DNA of 18,288 bases. Source: Candidatus Eiseniibacteriota bacterium. GTDB lineage: Bacteria; Eisenbacteria; RBG-16-71-46; DASYSL01. A program made the position numbers and the translations under genes. Shown one piece after another: positions 1-7,470 of the stretch (positions within the stretch are counted from its first letter, which is position 1; each line of letters starts with the position of its first letter). The notes under the pieces are model-generated. The model worked only from the letters and a program-made list of their open reading frames with translations, did no database searches and was not told the DNA's origin. The stretch spans positions 1-18,288 of the forward strand of contig JBKJJJ010000105.1 in assembly GCA_046598045.1 (NCBI GenBank), written 5' to 3'.

Positions 1-1
1 G

Positions 2-493
2 ACTCGACTGCGCGGCGCGCAAGCCCGATGTCCGAGTTCACGCGCCGCGCAGTCGAGTCCGCCGCGCGGCGTCTCGCTCGAGCTCAAGAACAAGTTCCCC
101 GAGCGCTCCGGCGATCCCTGGTCCGCGCGCGCGGGCGCATGGTGGGCGGTGCCGGCGAAGTCGCCCGATCGCCGCCTCGCGATCGAGATGCTGCGCACGA
201 CCTCGAAGCCCGAATACCTGGCGGACGCCTCGCGTGCACTCGGTTGGATTCCGACCCACAAGGGCCTGATCGACAATCTCTCCGGAGTTTTCCGCGACCA
301 GGAGGAGTACGCGCTCGCCCGCGAGGCCGCGCGCCAGCTCTACGATTTCGGCCGTCCACTCCCGGCGTCGCCGGGCTGGGACGCGTCCGCGCGCGCGCTC
401 TCCGCGGCGTGGCGCGACGCCTGCGTCACGCGCCGGTTGACCAGGCCGCTCGAACTCGCCGAGGCGCTGCGCCTCGCCAAGGCCGCGCATTGA
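2..493 (+). CDS. 3' part of a probable extracellular solute-binding protein (ABC SBP); 5'-truncated by the window
   Basis: The frame of ORF 149..493 stays open back to position 2. GAWWAVPAKSPDRRLAIEMLRTTSKPEYLADASRALGWIPT resembles the C-terminal 'GxxWAIPxxSxxxxxAxxFLxxxxSPE...GxxP' pattern of sugar-type SBPs. Confidence 0.55.
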   Translation, partial: TRLRGAQARCPSSRAAQSSPPRGVSLELKNKFPERSGDPWSARAGAWWAVPAKSPDRRLAIEMLRTTSKPEYLADASRALGWIPTHKGLIDNLSGVFRDQEEYALAREAARQLYDFGRPLPASPGWDASARALSAAWRDACVTRRLTRPLELAEALRLAKAAH

Positions 494-518
494 CGCGTCC
501 GATGCCCCCTGCTAGCGT
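490..518 (+). promoter_or_regulatory. sigma70-type promoter for udk
   Basis: TTGACG (490-495), 17-nt spacer, TAGCGT (513-518). The ATG lies 9 nt further on, with no Shine-Dalgarno. Confidence 0.6.
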
Positions 519-527
519 GCCGCGGCC

Positions 528-1160
528 ATGTCCAAACGAATCCTGATCGGGATCGCCGGCGGGTCCGGCTCCGGCAAGACACTGGTCGCGCGCACGATCG
601 TGCGCGACCTCGGATCCTCGCGCGTCGCAATCGTCGACCAGGACTCGTACTACCGGGACCTCGACGAGATTCCGATCGCCGACCGCGACCTGCGCAACTT
701 CGACCACCCCGACGCGTTCGACAGCGACCTGCTCAAGCGGCATGTCCGGGACCTGCTCGAGGGCAGGACGATCCAGCAGCCGATCTACGATTACACGCGC
801 CACGCGCGGCTTGCGGAGACGAAGGAGATCGGCGACCACGTCGTGATCGTGCTCGAGGGCATCCTGATCTTCGTGGACGAGGAATTGCGCGAGATGATGG
901 ACATCAAGCTGTTCATCGACGCCGATGCCGACGTGCGGCTCGTGCGCCGCATCGAGCGCGACGTCAAGGAGCGCGGCCGCGCGATCGAGACCATCCTGCG
1001 CCAGTACCAGGCGACGGTGCGCCCCATGCACCTGCAGTTCGTCGAGCCCTCGAAGCGCTACGCCGACCTGATCGTCCCCGAGGGTGGCCACAACCGCGTT
1101 GCGATCGACCTCATGAAGGTGAAGATCAAGGACCTGCTGCGCGAACGCGACGCCGTCTGA
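528..1160 (+). CDS. udk: uridine kinase
   Basis: P-loop GIAGGSGSGKT, DQDSYY, NFDHPDAFD, EGIL, RRIERDVKERGR and FVEPSKRYADLIVPEGGHN, all typical of Udk. Confidence 0.97.
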   Translation: MSKRILIGIAGGSGSGKTLVARTIVRDLGSSRVAIVDQDSYYRDLDEIPIADRDLRNFDHPDAFDSDLLKRHVRDLLEGRTIQQPIYDYTRHARLAETKEIGDHVVIVLEGILIFVDEELREMMDIKLFIDADADVRLVRRIERDVKERGRAIETILRQYQATVRPMHLQFVEPSKRYADLIVPEGGHNRVAIDLMKVKIKDLLRERDAV

Positions 1161-1278
1161 TCCCCCGGAGGTCTTCCCGTGACCGAGGCCGCGCTCCCCT
1201 CAAGGAGCAGCCGCCCTGGAGCGAAGCCGACGGCGCGGTCCACGCGCCGCATGGCCGGGAAGCCGGGCGCGATCTGAG

Positions 1279-1638
1279 CTAGGGGCTCCGCGGGGTTCGC
1301 GGGTCCCGCTCGCCGCCCGCCCGCAGCGCCGCGGCGCGAGCTCCCAGCGACTCCGCATGGTCGCGCTCGCCCAGGTCCGAGGCGATCGCGGCCGCGGCCT
1401 CGAGCATCTGCGCGTACCCCTCTGCGGCTTCGGGCGTCCGCAGGATGCCGAGCGCGGTCTGCACGTCGACCGCCGCCAGCGCGGCCCAACTCGTCCCGAA
1501 CACCGTGGCCACGCCCTCCTCGACCGCGACGCGGGCCTCCTCGGGACGCCCCGCTTCCCGAAATCCCAGGGCCCGCGCGATCACCCGGGCCAATTCGGCG
1601 AGCTGGCGCTTCAGGTAGTCCTTTTCCCGATAGGCCAC
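1279..1638 (-). CDS. hypothetical helical protein (119 aa), DUF6483-like N-terminus
   Basis: C-terminal part of ORF 1279..2316. GTG at 1638 is preceded by GAGGGG. It begins (M)AYREKDYLKRQLAELARVIARALG, similar to the 'DYlxRqI..laxxlarxl' family pattern. Confidence 0.7.
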   Translation of the reverse strand: MAYREKDYLKRQLAELARVIARALGFREAGRPEEARVAVEEGVATVFGTSWAALAAVDVQTALGILRTPEAAEGYAQMLEAAAAIASDLGERDHAESLGARAAALRAGGERDPRTPRSP

Positions 1639-1731
1639 CCCGGGCCCCTCTCTGTAAGATGCGCGAAGCACCCCGTTGCCCACCGCTGGGCCATCGCCCA
1701 GCGCCGCATCACCCGAACGAAGGAGGTCGAC

Positions 1732-1917
1732 ATGAGCTTGATCACGGTGATCGTAACGCTCCTGGTCGTGGGCGTGCTGCTTTGGCTGGTGAACACCTAC
1801 GTGCCGATGGCGGCCAGCATCAAGAAGATCCTGAACGCGGTCGTGGTGATCGTGGTCGTGATCTGGCTCCTGCGCGCCTTCGGCCTCCTGGCCGAATTGG
1901 GCAAGGTGAAGGTCTAG
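1732..1917 (+). CDS. small two-TM membrane protein, Thivi_2564 family-like (61 aa)
   Basis: AGGAGG SD before ATG 1732. The sequence is MSLITVIVTLLVVGVLLWLVNTYVPMAASIKKILNAVVVIVVVIWLLRAFGLL..., with two hydrophobic helices. Confidence 0.88.
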   Translation: MSLITVIVTLLVVGVLLWLVNTYVPMAASIKKILNAVVVIVVVIWLLRAFGLLAELGKVKV

Positions 1918-1929
1918 TTCTTGCGTCAG

Positions 1930-1953
1930 GCTCCCGGGGCGAGCCCCGGGAGC
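1930..1953 (+). terminator. GC-rich hairpin downstream of the small membrane protein gene
   Basis: GCTCCCGGGG-cgag-CCCCGGGAGC, a perfect 10-bp stem with no U-tract. Confidence 0.45.
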
Positions 1954-2160
1954 GGAACCCGCCCGCCCCGGGCGGAGTAGACCGGAGGGAAGCCCGCGAA
2001 CTCGGGAGACCCCCATGCGCCCCGTCGCCACAACTCGGGGGGCCAATCGGGCTGGAAGACCTGTTGATTTTCGCCGTCGACCTGCTCGAGGGGGGGAAAG
2101 GCGACTCCTGTCCCGACCATCCCGGCGCAACCGGACACCCCCTGAATGCGGAGTCTCGAC

Positions 2161-2799
2161 ATGGTGCACTCCCGTCCCTCGATGGTCGCGGCCCTCGTTG
2201 CCGCGCTGGCCTCCTTCCCTCCCGGCGGTGCGGCTGCGGGACCCGCGGATCCGCGCTTCTCGTCGGTCGAGCCCGTAATCTTGGGGACCCCGTCCGGCGC
2301 CGGGTATGCCTCCCACGCCACGGGCGCGACCCAGGCGGCTCGTGGCTTCTGGGTGAACGTCCGGGATGTCAACAATGCGCCTGAGAGCGGGGACGCGGTC
2401 ACTCTCAGCTTCGGGGGGACGAACGTGCGCTTATACACGAGCCAGCAATCGGGCGTGAGCGTCAATTGCGTGGCCCGGACCCTGACCGGAACGACCGACG
2501 GCAATGGCTCCGTCACATTCTTCCCTAGATTCGGGGGCTCTTCGAACAGCGCGGTCGTCTCGGTCGATTCGCGAGGGGTCATCCTCGCCAACGTCCGGGC
2601 GCGCTCGACCGACCTGGACGCGCTCGACGGCCGGACGGGACTGGGGGATCTGGCCCTGTTCAGCTCCTTCCTGCTGACGGATCCGCAGAACCACCCCGAG
2701 GCCGACTTCGACCTCTCCGGTGGCACCCTGGGGTTGGGGGATTTCGTGATCTTCTCGGCCGAAATGCTGGGTGGCGCTCAAGGGACTTACTGCCCGTGA
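2161..2799 (+). CDS. secreted protein: Ig-like (Big_1-like) domain plus C-terminal dockerin/EF-hand-like duplicated Ca-binding motif
   Basis: GGAG before ATG 2161 and a signal peptide (…VAALVAALASFPPGGAAA). Ig-like motifs VNVRDVNNAPESGDAVTLSF and TTDGNGSVTF. Tandem motifs STDLDALDGRTGLGDLALF and ADFDLSGGTLGLGDFVIF. Confidence 0.7.
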   Translation: MVHSRPSMVAALVAALASFPPGGAAAGPADPRFSSVEPVILGTPSGAGYASHATGATQAARGFWVNVRDVNNAPESGDAVTLSFGGTNVRLYTSQQSGVSVNCVARTLTGTTDGNGSVTFFPRFGGSSNSAVVSVDSRGVILANVRARSTDLDALDGRTGLGDLALFSSFLLTDPQNHPEADFDLSGGTLGLGDFVIFSAEMLGGAQGTYCP

Positions 2800-2810
2800 G
2801 CCCTCCCTCG

Positions 2811-2940
2811 TGCCCCTGAAATTGCAGGCGCTGGAATTCGACCCGGGAATCGGTGTGCGTCGCTCTCGATGGCGTGGATTTCGGGGCCGGACCGGGGTCG
2901 GAATTGCCCGATTTCGACCCCGTCTGCAATTTCAGGGGCA
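2811..2940. repeat. 130-bp element with 17-bp perfect terminal inverted repeats (MITE/REP-like)
   Basis: TGCCCCTGAAATTGCAG (2811-2827) is the exact reverse complement of CTGCAATTTCAGGGGCA (2924-2940). There is an internal hairpin at 2893-2922. Confidence 0.75.
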
Positions 2941-2952
2941 TAACCTAAGTGC

Positions 2953-2981
2953 TTGACTACAAAGCATCTGCCTCGTAGATT
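2953..2981 (+). promoter_or_regulatory. sigma70-type promoter for the tdk-transporter-PNP operon
   Basis: TTGACT (2953-2958), 17-nt spacer, TAGATT (2976-2981). The ATG lies 9 nt downstream, with no SD. Confidence 0.7.
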
Positions 2982-2990
2982 CCCGGGGCC

Positions 2991-3623
2991 ATGAACGAAA
3001 CCCGCCCTACCAAGTCCGGCTGGATCGAGGTCGTCGTCGGCCCCATGTACTCGGGCAAGACCGAAGAGCTCATCCGCCGCCTCCGGCGTGCCCAGATCGC
3101 CCGCCAGAAGGTCGAGATCTTCAAGCCCTCGATCGACACCCGCTATGGCGCCGACCACATCGTCTCGCACAGCGAACACCGGATCCCGTCGCGGCTCGTG
3201 GCCACGGCGACGGACATCCTCGCGTTCGCCGACGAGGCCGAGGTGATCGGCATCGACGAGGGCCAGTTCCTCGGCCCCGAGCTGCCGCGGGTGGTCAACG
3301 ACCTGGCCGATGCCGGCAAGCGCGTGATCGTGGCCGGCCTCGATCAGGACTACCGTGGGATGCCGTTCGAGCCCATGCCGCAGCTGCTGGCGATCGCCGA
3401 GTACATCACGAAGACCCTCGCCATCTGCGTCGTGTGCAGCGAGCCGGCGAGCCGCACCCAGCGCAATCGCGCCGAAGGTGGGCGCGTGGTCGTGGGCGGC
3501 GCCGGCCTGTACGAGGCCCGTTGCCGCCGCTGCCACACCGTCCCGACCGAGGACCAGGCCAGGCCCTCGGAGAGCACCCCCGCTGCGGAGCCGGCCCAAC
3601 CGCCCGTCCAGGAGATCGTATGA
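2991..3623 (+). CDS. tdk: thymidine kinase (type II/TK1-like)
   Basis: [12 protein letters not shown]-loop, [32 protein letters not shown], and zinc ligands CVVC...YEARCRRC. Confidence 0.97.
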   Translation: MNETRPTKSGWIEVVVGPMYSGKTEELIRRLRRAQIARQKVEIFKPSIDTRYGADHIVSHSEHRIPSRLVATATDILAFADEAEVIGIDEGQFLGPELPRVVNDLADAGKRVIVAGLDQDYRGMPFEPMPQLLAIAEYITKTLAICVVCSEPASRTQRNRAEGGRVVVGGAGLYEARCRRCHTVPTEDQARPSESTPAAEPAQPPVQEIV

Positions 3624-4747
3624 ACGCCATGATCCGCACGAGCCGCTCGCTGTCCGCCTTCGCCCGCCGCGCCGCTTCGGGGCTCGACGCGCTCGGCGCC
3701 GTCTTCGCGCTGGCGGTGGTCGGGCTCGCGCTGACCGGCGTGGTCGGTTTGGGCGGTGGGTGCGGCCCCAAGGGCGGCGCCGGCAGCGACTCGACGAAGG
3801 CAGGCGCGACCTCGAGCGTCAAGGTCGGGCTCGTGTTCGACGTCGGCGGGCGTGGCGACCAGTCGTTCAACGATGCCGCCTACGCCGGGCTCGAGCGCGC
3901 GATGAAGGAGCTGAACATCCCGAAGGAGAACGTCGAGTACATCGAGCCGGGCGAGGGCGGCGACCGCGAGTCGGCGCTCCGGCAGCTCGCGAACGGGCCG
4001 TACGACGTCATCTTCGGGATCGGCTTCCTGTTCTCCGACGACGTGCTCGCGGTGGCGAAGGACTTCCCCGCGAAGAAGTTCGCGTGCGTGGACATGAACG
4101 TGCCGGCGAGCGGCCTGCTGCCCGCGAACGTGGTCGCGCTCAAGTTCAAGGAGGAAGAGGGCAGCTACCTCGTCGGCGCGCTCTCGGCCCTGCTGTCGAA
4201 GACGCACAAGCTCGGCTTCGTCGGGGGCATGCAGATCCCCCTGATCAAGAAGTTCGAGGTCGGGTATGTCGCGGGCGTCAAGAAAGTCGCCCCCACGGCG
4301 AGCGTGGACGTCAAGTACGCCGGCGTCGACGGCAGCGCATTCAAGAACCCGACCAAGGGCAAGGAGCTGGCGCTCGCGATCTACAACGGCGGGGCGGACA
4401 TCATCTACCACGCCTCCGGCTCGACCGGCCTCGGCGTGTTCGAGGCCGCGCGCGAGAAGGACAAGCTCGCGATCGGCGTCGACTCGGACCAGCAGTCCGC
4501 GATGCCGGGCCACGTGCTGACGAGCATGGTCAAGCGCGTCGACGTCGCCGTCTTCAACACCATCAAGGACACCAGGGACGGCACGTTCCCCGGCGGTCAG
4601 ACGCACGTGTTCGGGCTCAAGGACGGCGGCGTCGACTACGTCTACGACGACAAGAACAAGGCCCTGATCCCCGACGACGTGCACGCGAAGGTCGAGGCCC
4701 TGCGCGGCCAGATCGTCTCCGGCGCGATCGTGGTTCCCTCCGAGTAA
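3620..4747 (+). CDS. BMP-family ABC transporter substrate-binding lipoprotein (nucleoside-binding)
   Basis: ATGA overlap with the tdk stop and lipobox-like LGGGC. Motifs [46 protein letters not shown] and LTSMVKRVD. Confidence 0.93.
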   Translation: MNAMIRTSRSLSAFARRAASGLDALGAVFALAVVGLALTGVVGLGGGCGPKGGAGSDSTKAGATSSVKVGLVFDVGGRGDQSFNDAAYAGLERAMKELNIPKENVEYIEPGEGGDRESALRQLANGPYDVIFGIGFLFSDDVLAVAKDFPAKKFACVDMNVPASGLLPANVVALKFKEEEGSYLVGALSALLSKTHKLGFVGGMQIPLIKKFEVGYVAGVKKVAPTASVDVKYAGVDGSAFKNPTKGKELALAIYNGGADIIYHASGSTGLGVFEAAREKDKLAIGVDSDQQSAMPGHVLTSMVKRVDVAVFNTIKDTRDGTFPGGQTHVFGLKDGGVDYVYDDKNKALIPDDVHAKVEALRGQIVSGAIVVPSE

Positions 4748-4897
4748 TCTCCGGTCTCGTAGCGGGGCGGGGCGTGCTGCGCTTCGCTCAGACAGGTCCT
4801 CGGAAAGCGCCGCAGCCTGGAGGAGCGTCATGCAGAGAGCGGTGGCGCCTTCCTCCGGAACCCGCGACGCGCGTCCCGCCCCGCCTCGCCCCATGCC

Positions 4898-6424
4898 GTG
4901 AGCGAACCCGTCCTCGCGGTTCAACTCGAAGGCATCACCAAGTCCTTTGGGCGGTTGGTGGCCAATGATGGCGTGAACCTGCGGGTGGAGCAGGGCACGA
5001 TCCATGCCCTGGTCGGCGAGAACGGCGCGGGCAAGACCACGCTCATGAAGATCCTGTTCGGGCTCTACCAGCCCGACGCCGGCACGATCCGCCTCGAGGG
5101 CAAGGTCGCCCGGCTGCGCACCCCGGCCGACGCGCTCGCGCGCGGCGTCGGCATGGTGCACCAGCACTTCATGCTGGTCCGCCCGTTCACCGTGGCCGAG
5201 AACCTCACGCTCGCGCACGAGAAGACGCGCGGCCCGTTCCTCGACACCAGGCGCGCGGTCGCCGAGGTGCGCGCGCTTTCCGAACGCCACGGCCTGCGCG
5301 TCGATCCCGAGGCGAAAGTCGAGAACCTGTCGGTCGGCGAGGAGCAGCGCGTCGAGATCCTGAAGGCGCTCTACCACGGCGCGAAGATCCTGATCCTCGA
5401 CGAGCCGACCGCGGTGCTCACCCCGCAGGAGACCGAGGACCTGTTCCGTGTCCTGCGCGCGCTCAAGGCGCAGGGCACGACCGTGATCCTGATCACGCAC
5501 AAGCTGCGCGAGGTGCTCGACGTCACCGACCACGTGACCGTCATGCGCGGCGGCAAGACCGTGGGCGAGCGCGCGACCGCTTCGACCTCGATTCCCGAGC
5601 TCGCGGAATTGATGGTCGGACGCCCGGTGCTGCTCGAGGTGCCGAAGCGGCCGGCCACGCCGGGCGCACCGGTGCTCGAGATCGACCAGCTCGTGGTCAG
5701 GGACGAGCGCGGCCTGCCGGCGGTGCGCGGACTCTCGCTGACGGTGCGCGCGGGCGAGATCGTGGGCATCGCCGGGGTCGAGGGCAACGGGCAGGGCGAA
5801 CTGGTCGAGGCGCTCACGGGGCTGAGGCGCTGGGCGAGCGGAGACGTGCGGCTCCACGGCGTATCGCTCGAGGGCATGACGCCGCGCGCGATCGCGGGCA
5901 AGGGCGTGTCGCACGTGCCCGCCGACCGCTGGAAGCGCGGCCTCGTGCTCGAGTACACGCTCGAGGACAACCTGGTCTTCGGCCGCCACCGGGAGCCGCA
6001 GTTCGGCAAGGGCATCACGTTCGACCGGCCGGCCGTGCGCGCGTTCGCGGACCGAATGCTCGAGACCTTCGACGTGCGCCCCCGCCGGCGCGACGCGCTC
6101 GCGCGCCAGCTCTCGGGCGGCAACCAGCAGAAGGTGATCGTCGCGCGCGAGTTCACGCGCGAGGGCGACCTGCTGCTCGCGGCCCACCCGACGCGCGGCA
6201 TCGACCTGGGCGCGATCGAGTTCATCCACAAGGAGGTCGTCAAGAGCCGGGACCAGGGCCGCGCGGTGCTCGTGGTCTCCGCCGAGCTGGGCGAACTGCT
6301 CTCGCTCGCGGACCGGATCGTCGTCATGTACGAGGGGAAGATTGCGTTCGAGGCGCAGGCGAGCGCGACCAACGAGCGCGAACTCGGCGAGTACATGACC
6401 GGCCGCCAGCGGGTCCCCGCGTGA
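4898..6424 (+). CDS. nucleoside ABC transporter ATP-binding protein (CUT2 family, two ATPase halves)
   Basis: GENGAGKTT, GMVHQHFML, ILDEPTAVLTPQE, LSGGNQQK and HPTRGIDLG. GTG start. Confidence 0.95.
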   Translation: MSEPVLAVQLEGITKSFGRLVANDGVNLRVEQGTIHALVGENGAGKTTLMKILFGLYQPDAGTIRLEGKVARLRTPADALARGVGMVHQHFMLVRPFTVAENLTLAHEKTRGPFLDTRRAVAEVRALSERHGLRVDPEAKVENLSVGEEQRVEILKALYHGAKILILDEPTAVLTPQETEDLFRVLRALKAQGTTVILITHKLREVLDVTDHVTVMRGGKTVGERATASTSIPELAELMVGRPVLLEVPKRPATPGAPVLEIDQLVVRDERGLPAVRGLSLTVRAGEIVGIAGVEGNGQGELVEALTGLRRWASGDVRLHGVSLEGMTPRAIAGKGVSHVPADRWKRGLVLEYTLEDNLVFGRHREPQFGKGITFDRPAVRAFADRMLETFDVRPRRRDALARQLSGGNQQKVIVAREFTREGDLLLAAHPTRGIDLGAIEFIHKEVVKSRDQGRAVLVVSAELGELLSLADRIVVMYEGKIAFEAQASATNERELGEYMTGRQRVPA

Positions 6425-7470
6425 GCGGGAAGAACGGGGCGACCGCCGCGCTGCTCCAGGCCGCGGGCCCGGTGGTCGCGGTCGTGCTCGCGCTGGTGGT
6501 CGGCGCGGGCTTCATCGCCGCCGTCGGCAAGGACCCGTTCGCCGTCTACGCGCAGATGGCGGGCGGCGTGTTCGGCAACGCCTACGGGATCGGCCAGGTC
6601 CTGTTCCGCGCGACGCCGCTGATCTTCACCGGGCTCGCGGTCGCGCTCGCATTCCGCGCCGGGCTGTTCAACATCGGCGCCGAGGGCCAGCTCGTGATGG
6701 GCGCGTTCGCCTGCGGCGTCGTCGGCGCGGCGTTCAAGGACCTTCCGGGCTTCGTGCTGCTGCCGCTCACGATCCTCTCCGGCATGGCGGCAGGCGCGCT
6801 CTGGGCGCTGCCGCCGGCCTTGCTCAAGGCGAAGGTCGGCGCGCACGAGGTGATCAACACCATCATGATGAACTTCATCGCGCTCGCGCTCGTCCAGTAC
6901 CTCGGGCACTTCGCGTTCGTGCCCGCGACCGTGCACACCGCCGAGATCGGCGCGGGCGCGAAGATCGCTCGCCTCGACGCCTTCCTTCCCATGTTCAAGG
7001 GATCGCCGCTCAACCTGACGCTCTTCCTCGCGCTCCTCGTGGCCGCGTTCGTCGGCTGGCTCCTCTGGCGCACGCGCTTCGGCTACGAGCTGCGCGCGGT
7101 CGGACTCTCCCCCTCGGCCGCGGAGTACGCCGGCATCGACGTGCCGCGCGCGTGGATCACCGCGCTCTGCCTCTCGGGCGCGATCGCCGGGCTGGTCGGC
7201 GCGAACTTCGTCCAGGGGTACAAGGGCTACTTCGAGTCGGGCTTCTCGGCGGGGATCGGCTTCCTCGGGATCGCGGTCGCGCTGCTCGCGCGCAACCACC
7301 CGTTCGGCGTGGTCGTGGCGTCGCTGTTCTTCGCCGCGCTCGGCTACGGCGGGCTGGTCATCAACACCGAGGTGCCGAAGGAGCTGGTCGAGATCCTGCA
7401 GGCGATCGTGATCCTGTTCGCGATCACGCTGCACGTCGGGATCGAGCGCTGGCTGAGGAGGCGTGCATGA
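6421..7470 (+). CDS. nucleoside ABC transporter permease 1
   Basis: ATPLIFTGLAVALAFRAGLFNIGAEGQ, HEVINTIMMN, GYELRAVG and many TM helices. GTGA overlap with the ATPase gene. Confidence 0.95.
   Translation: MSGKNGATAALLQAAGPVVAVVLALVVGAGFIAAVGKDPFAVYAQMAGGVFGNAYGIGQVLFRATPLIFTGLAVALAFRAGLFNIGAEGQLVMGAFACGVVGAAFKDLPGFVLLPLTILSGMAAGALWALPPALLKAKVGAHEVINTIMMNFIALALVQYLGHFAFVPATVHTAEIGAGAKIARLDAFLPMFKGSPLNLTLFLALLVAAFVGWLLWRTRFGYELRAVGLSPSAAEYAGIDVPRAWITALCLSGAIAGLVGANFVQGYKGYFESGFSAGIGFLGIAVALLARNHPFGVVVASLFFAALGYGGLVINTEVPKELVEILQAIVILFAITLHVGIERWLRRRA

Noticed and set aside
1999..2039. Direct repeat AACTCGGG twice, 33 nt apart
   Set aside because: Only two 8-nt copies, too short for a CRISPR or iteron call and plausible by chance.
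1639..2316. N-terminal extension of ORF 1279..2316
   Set aside because: It overlaps two better + strand genes and is low-complexity Arg/Gly-rich. A GTG with SD at 1638 explains the real gene.
2811..2990. Integron attC interpretation (GCATAAC at 2938-2944 next to a palindrome)
   Set aside because: There is no matching GTTRRRY partner at the proper side or distance, and no integrase or cassette array.
3350..7434. Long - strand ORFs (3350..6229, 959 aa; 5371..7434, 687 aa)
   Set aside because: Antisense shadows of the well-supported transporter genes. High GC codon bias leaves opposite frames open, and they show no family motifs.
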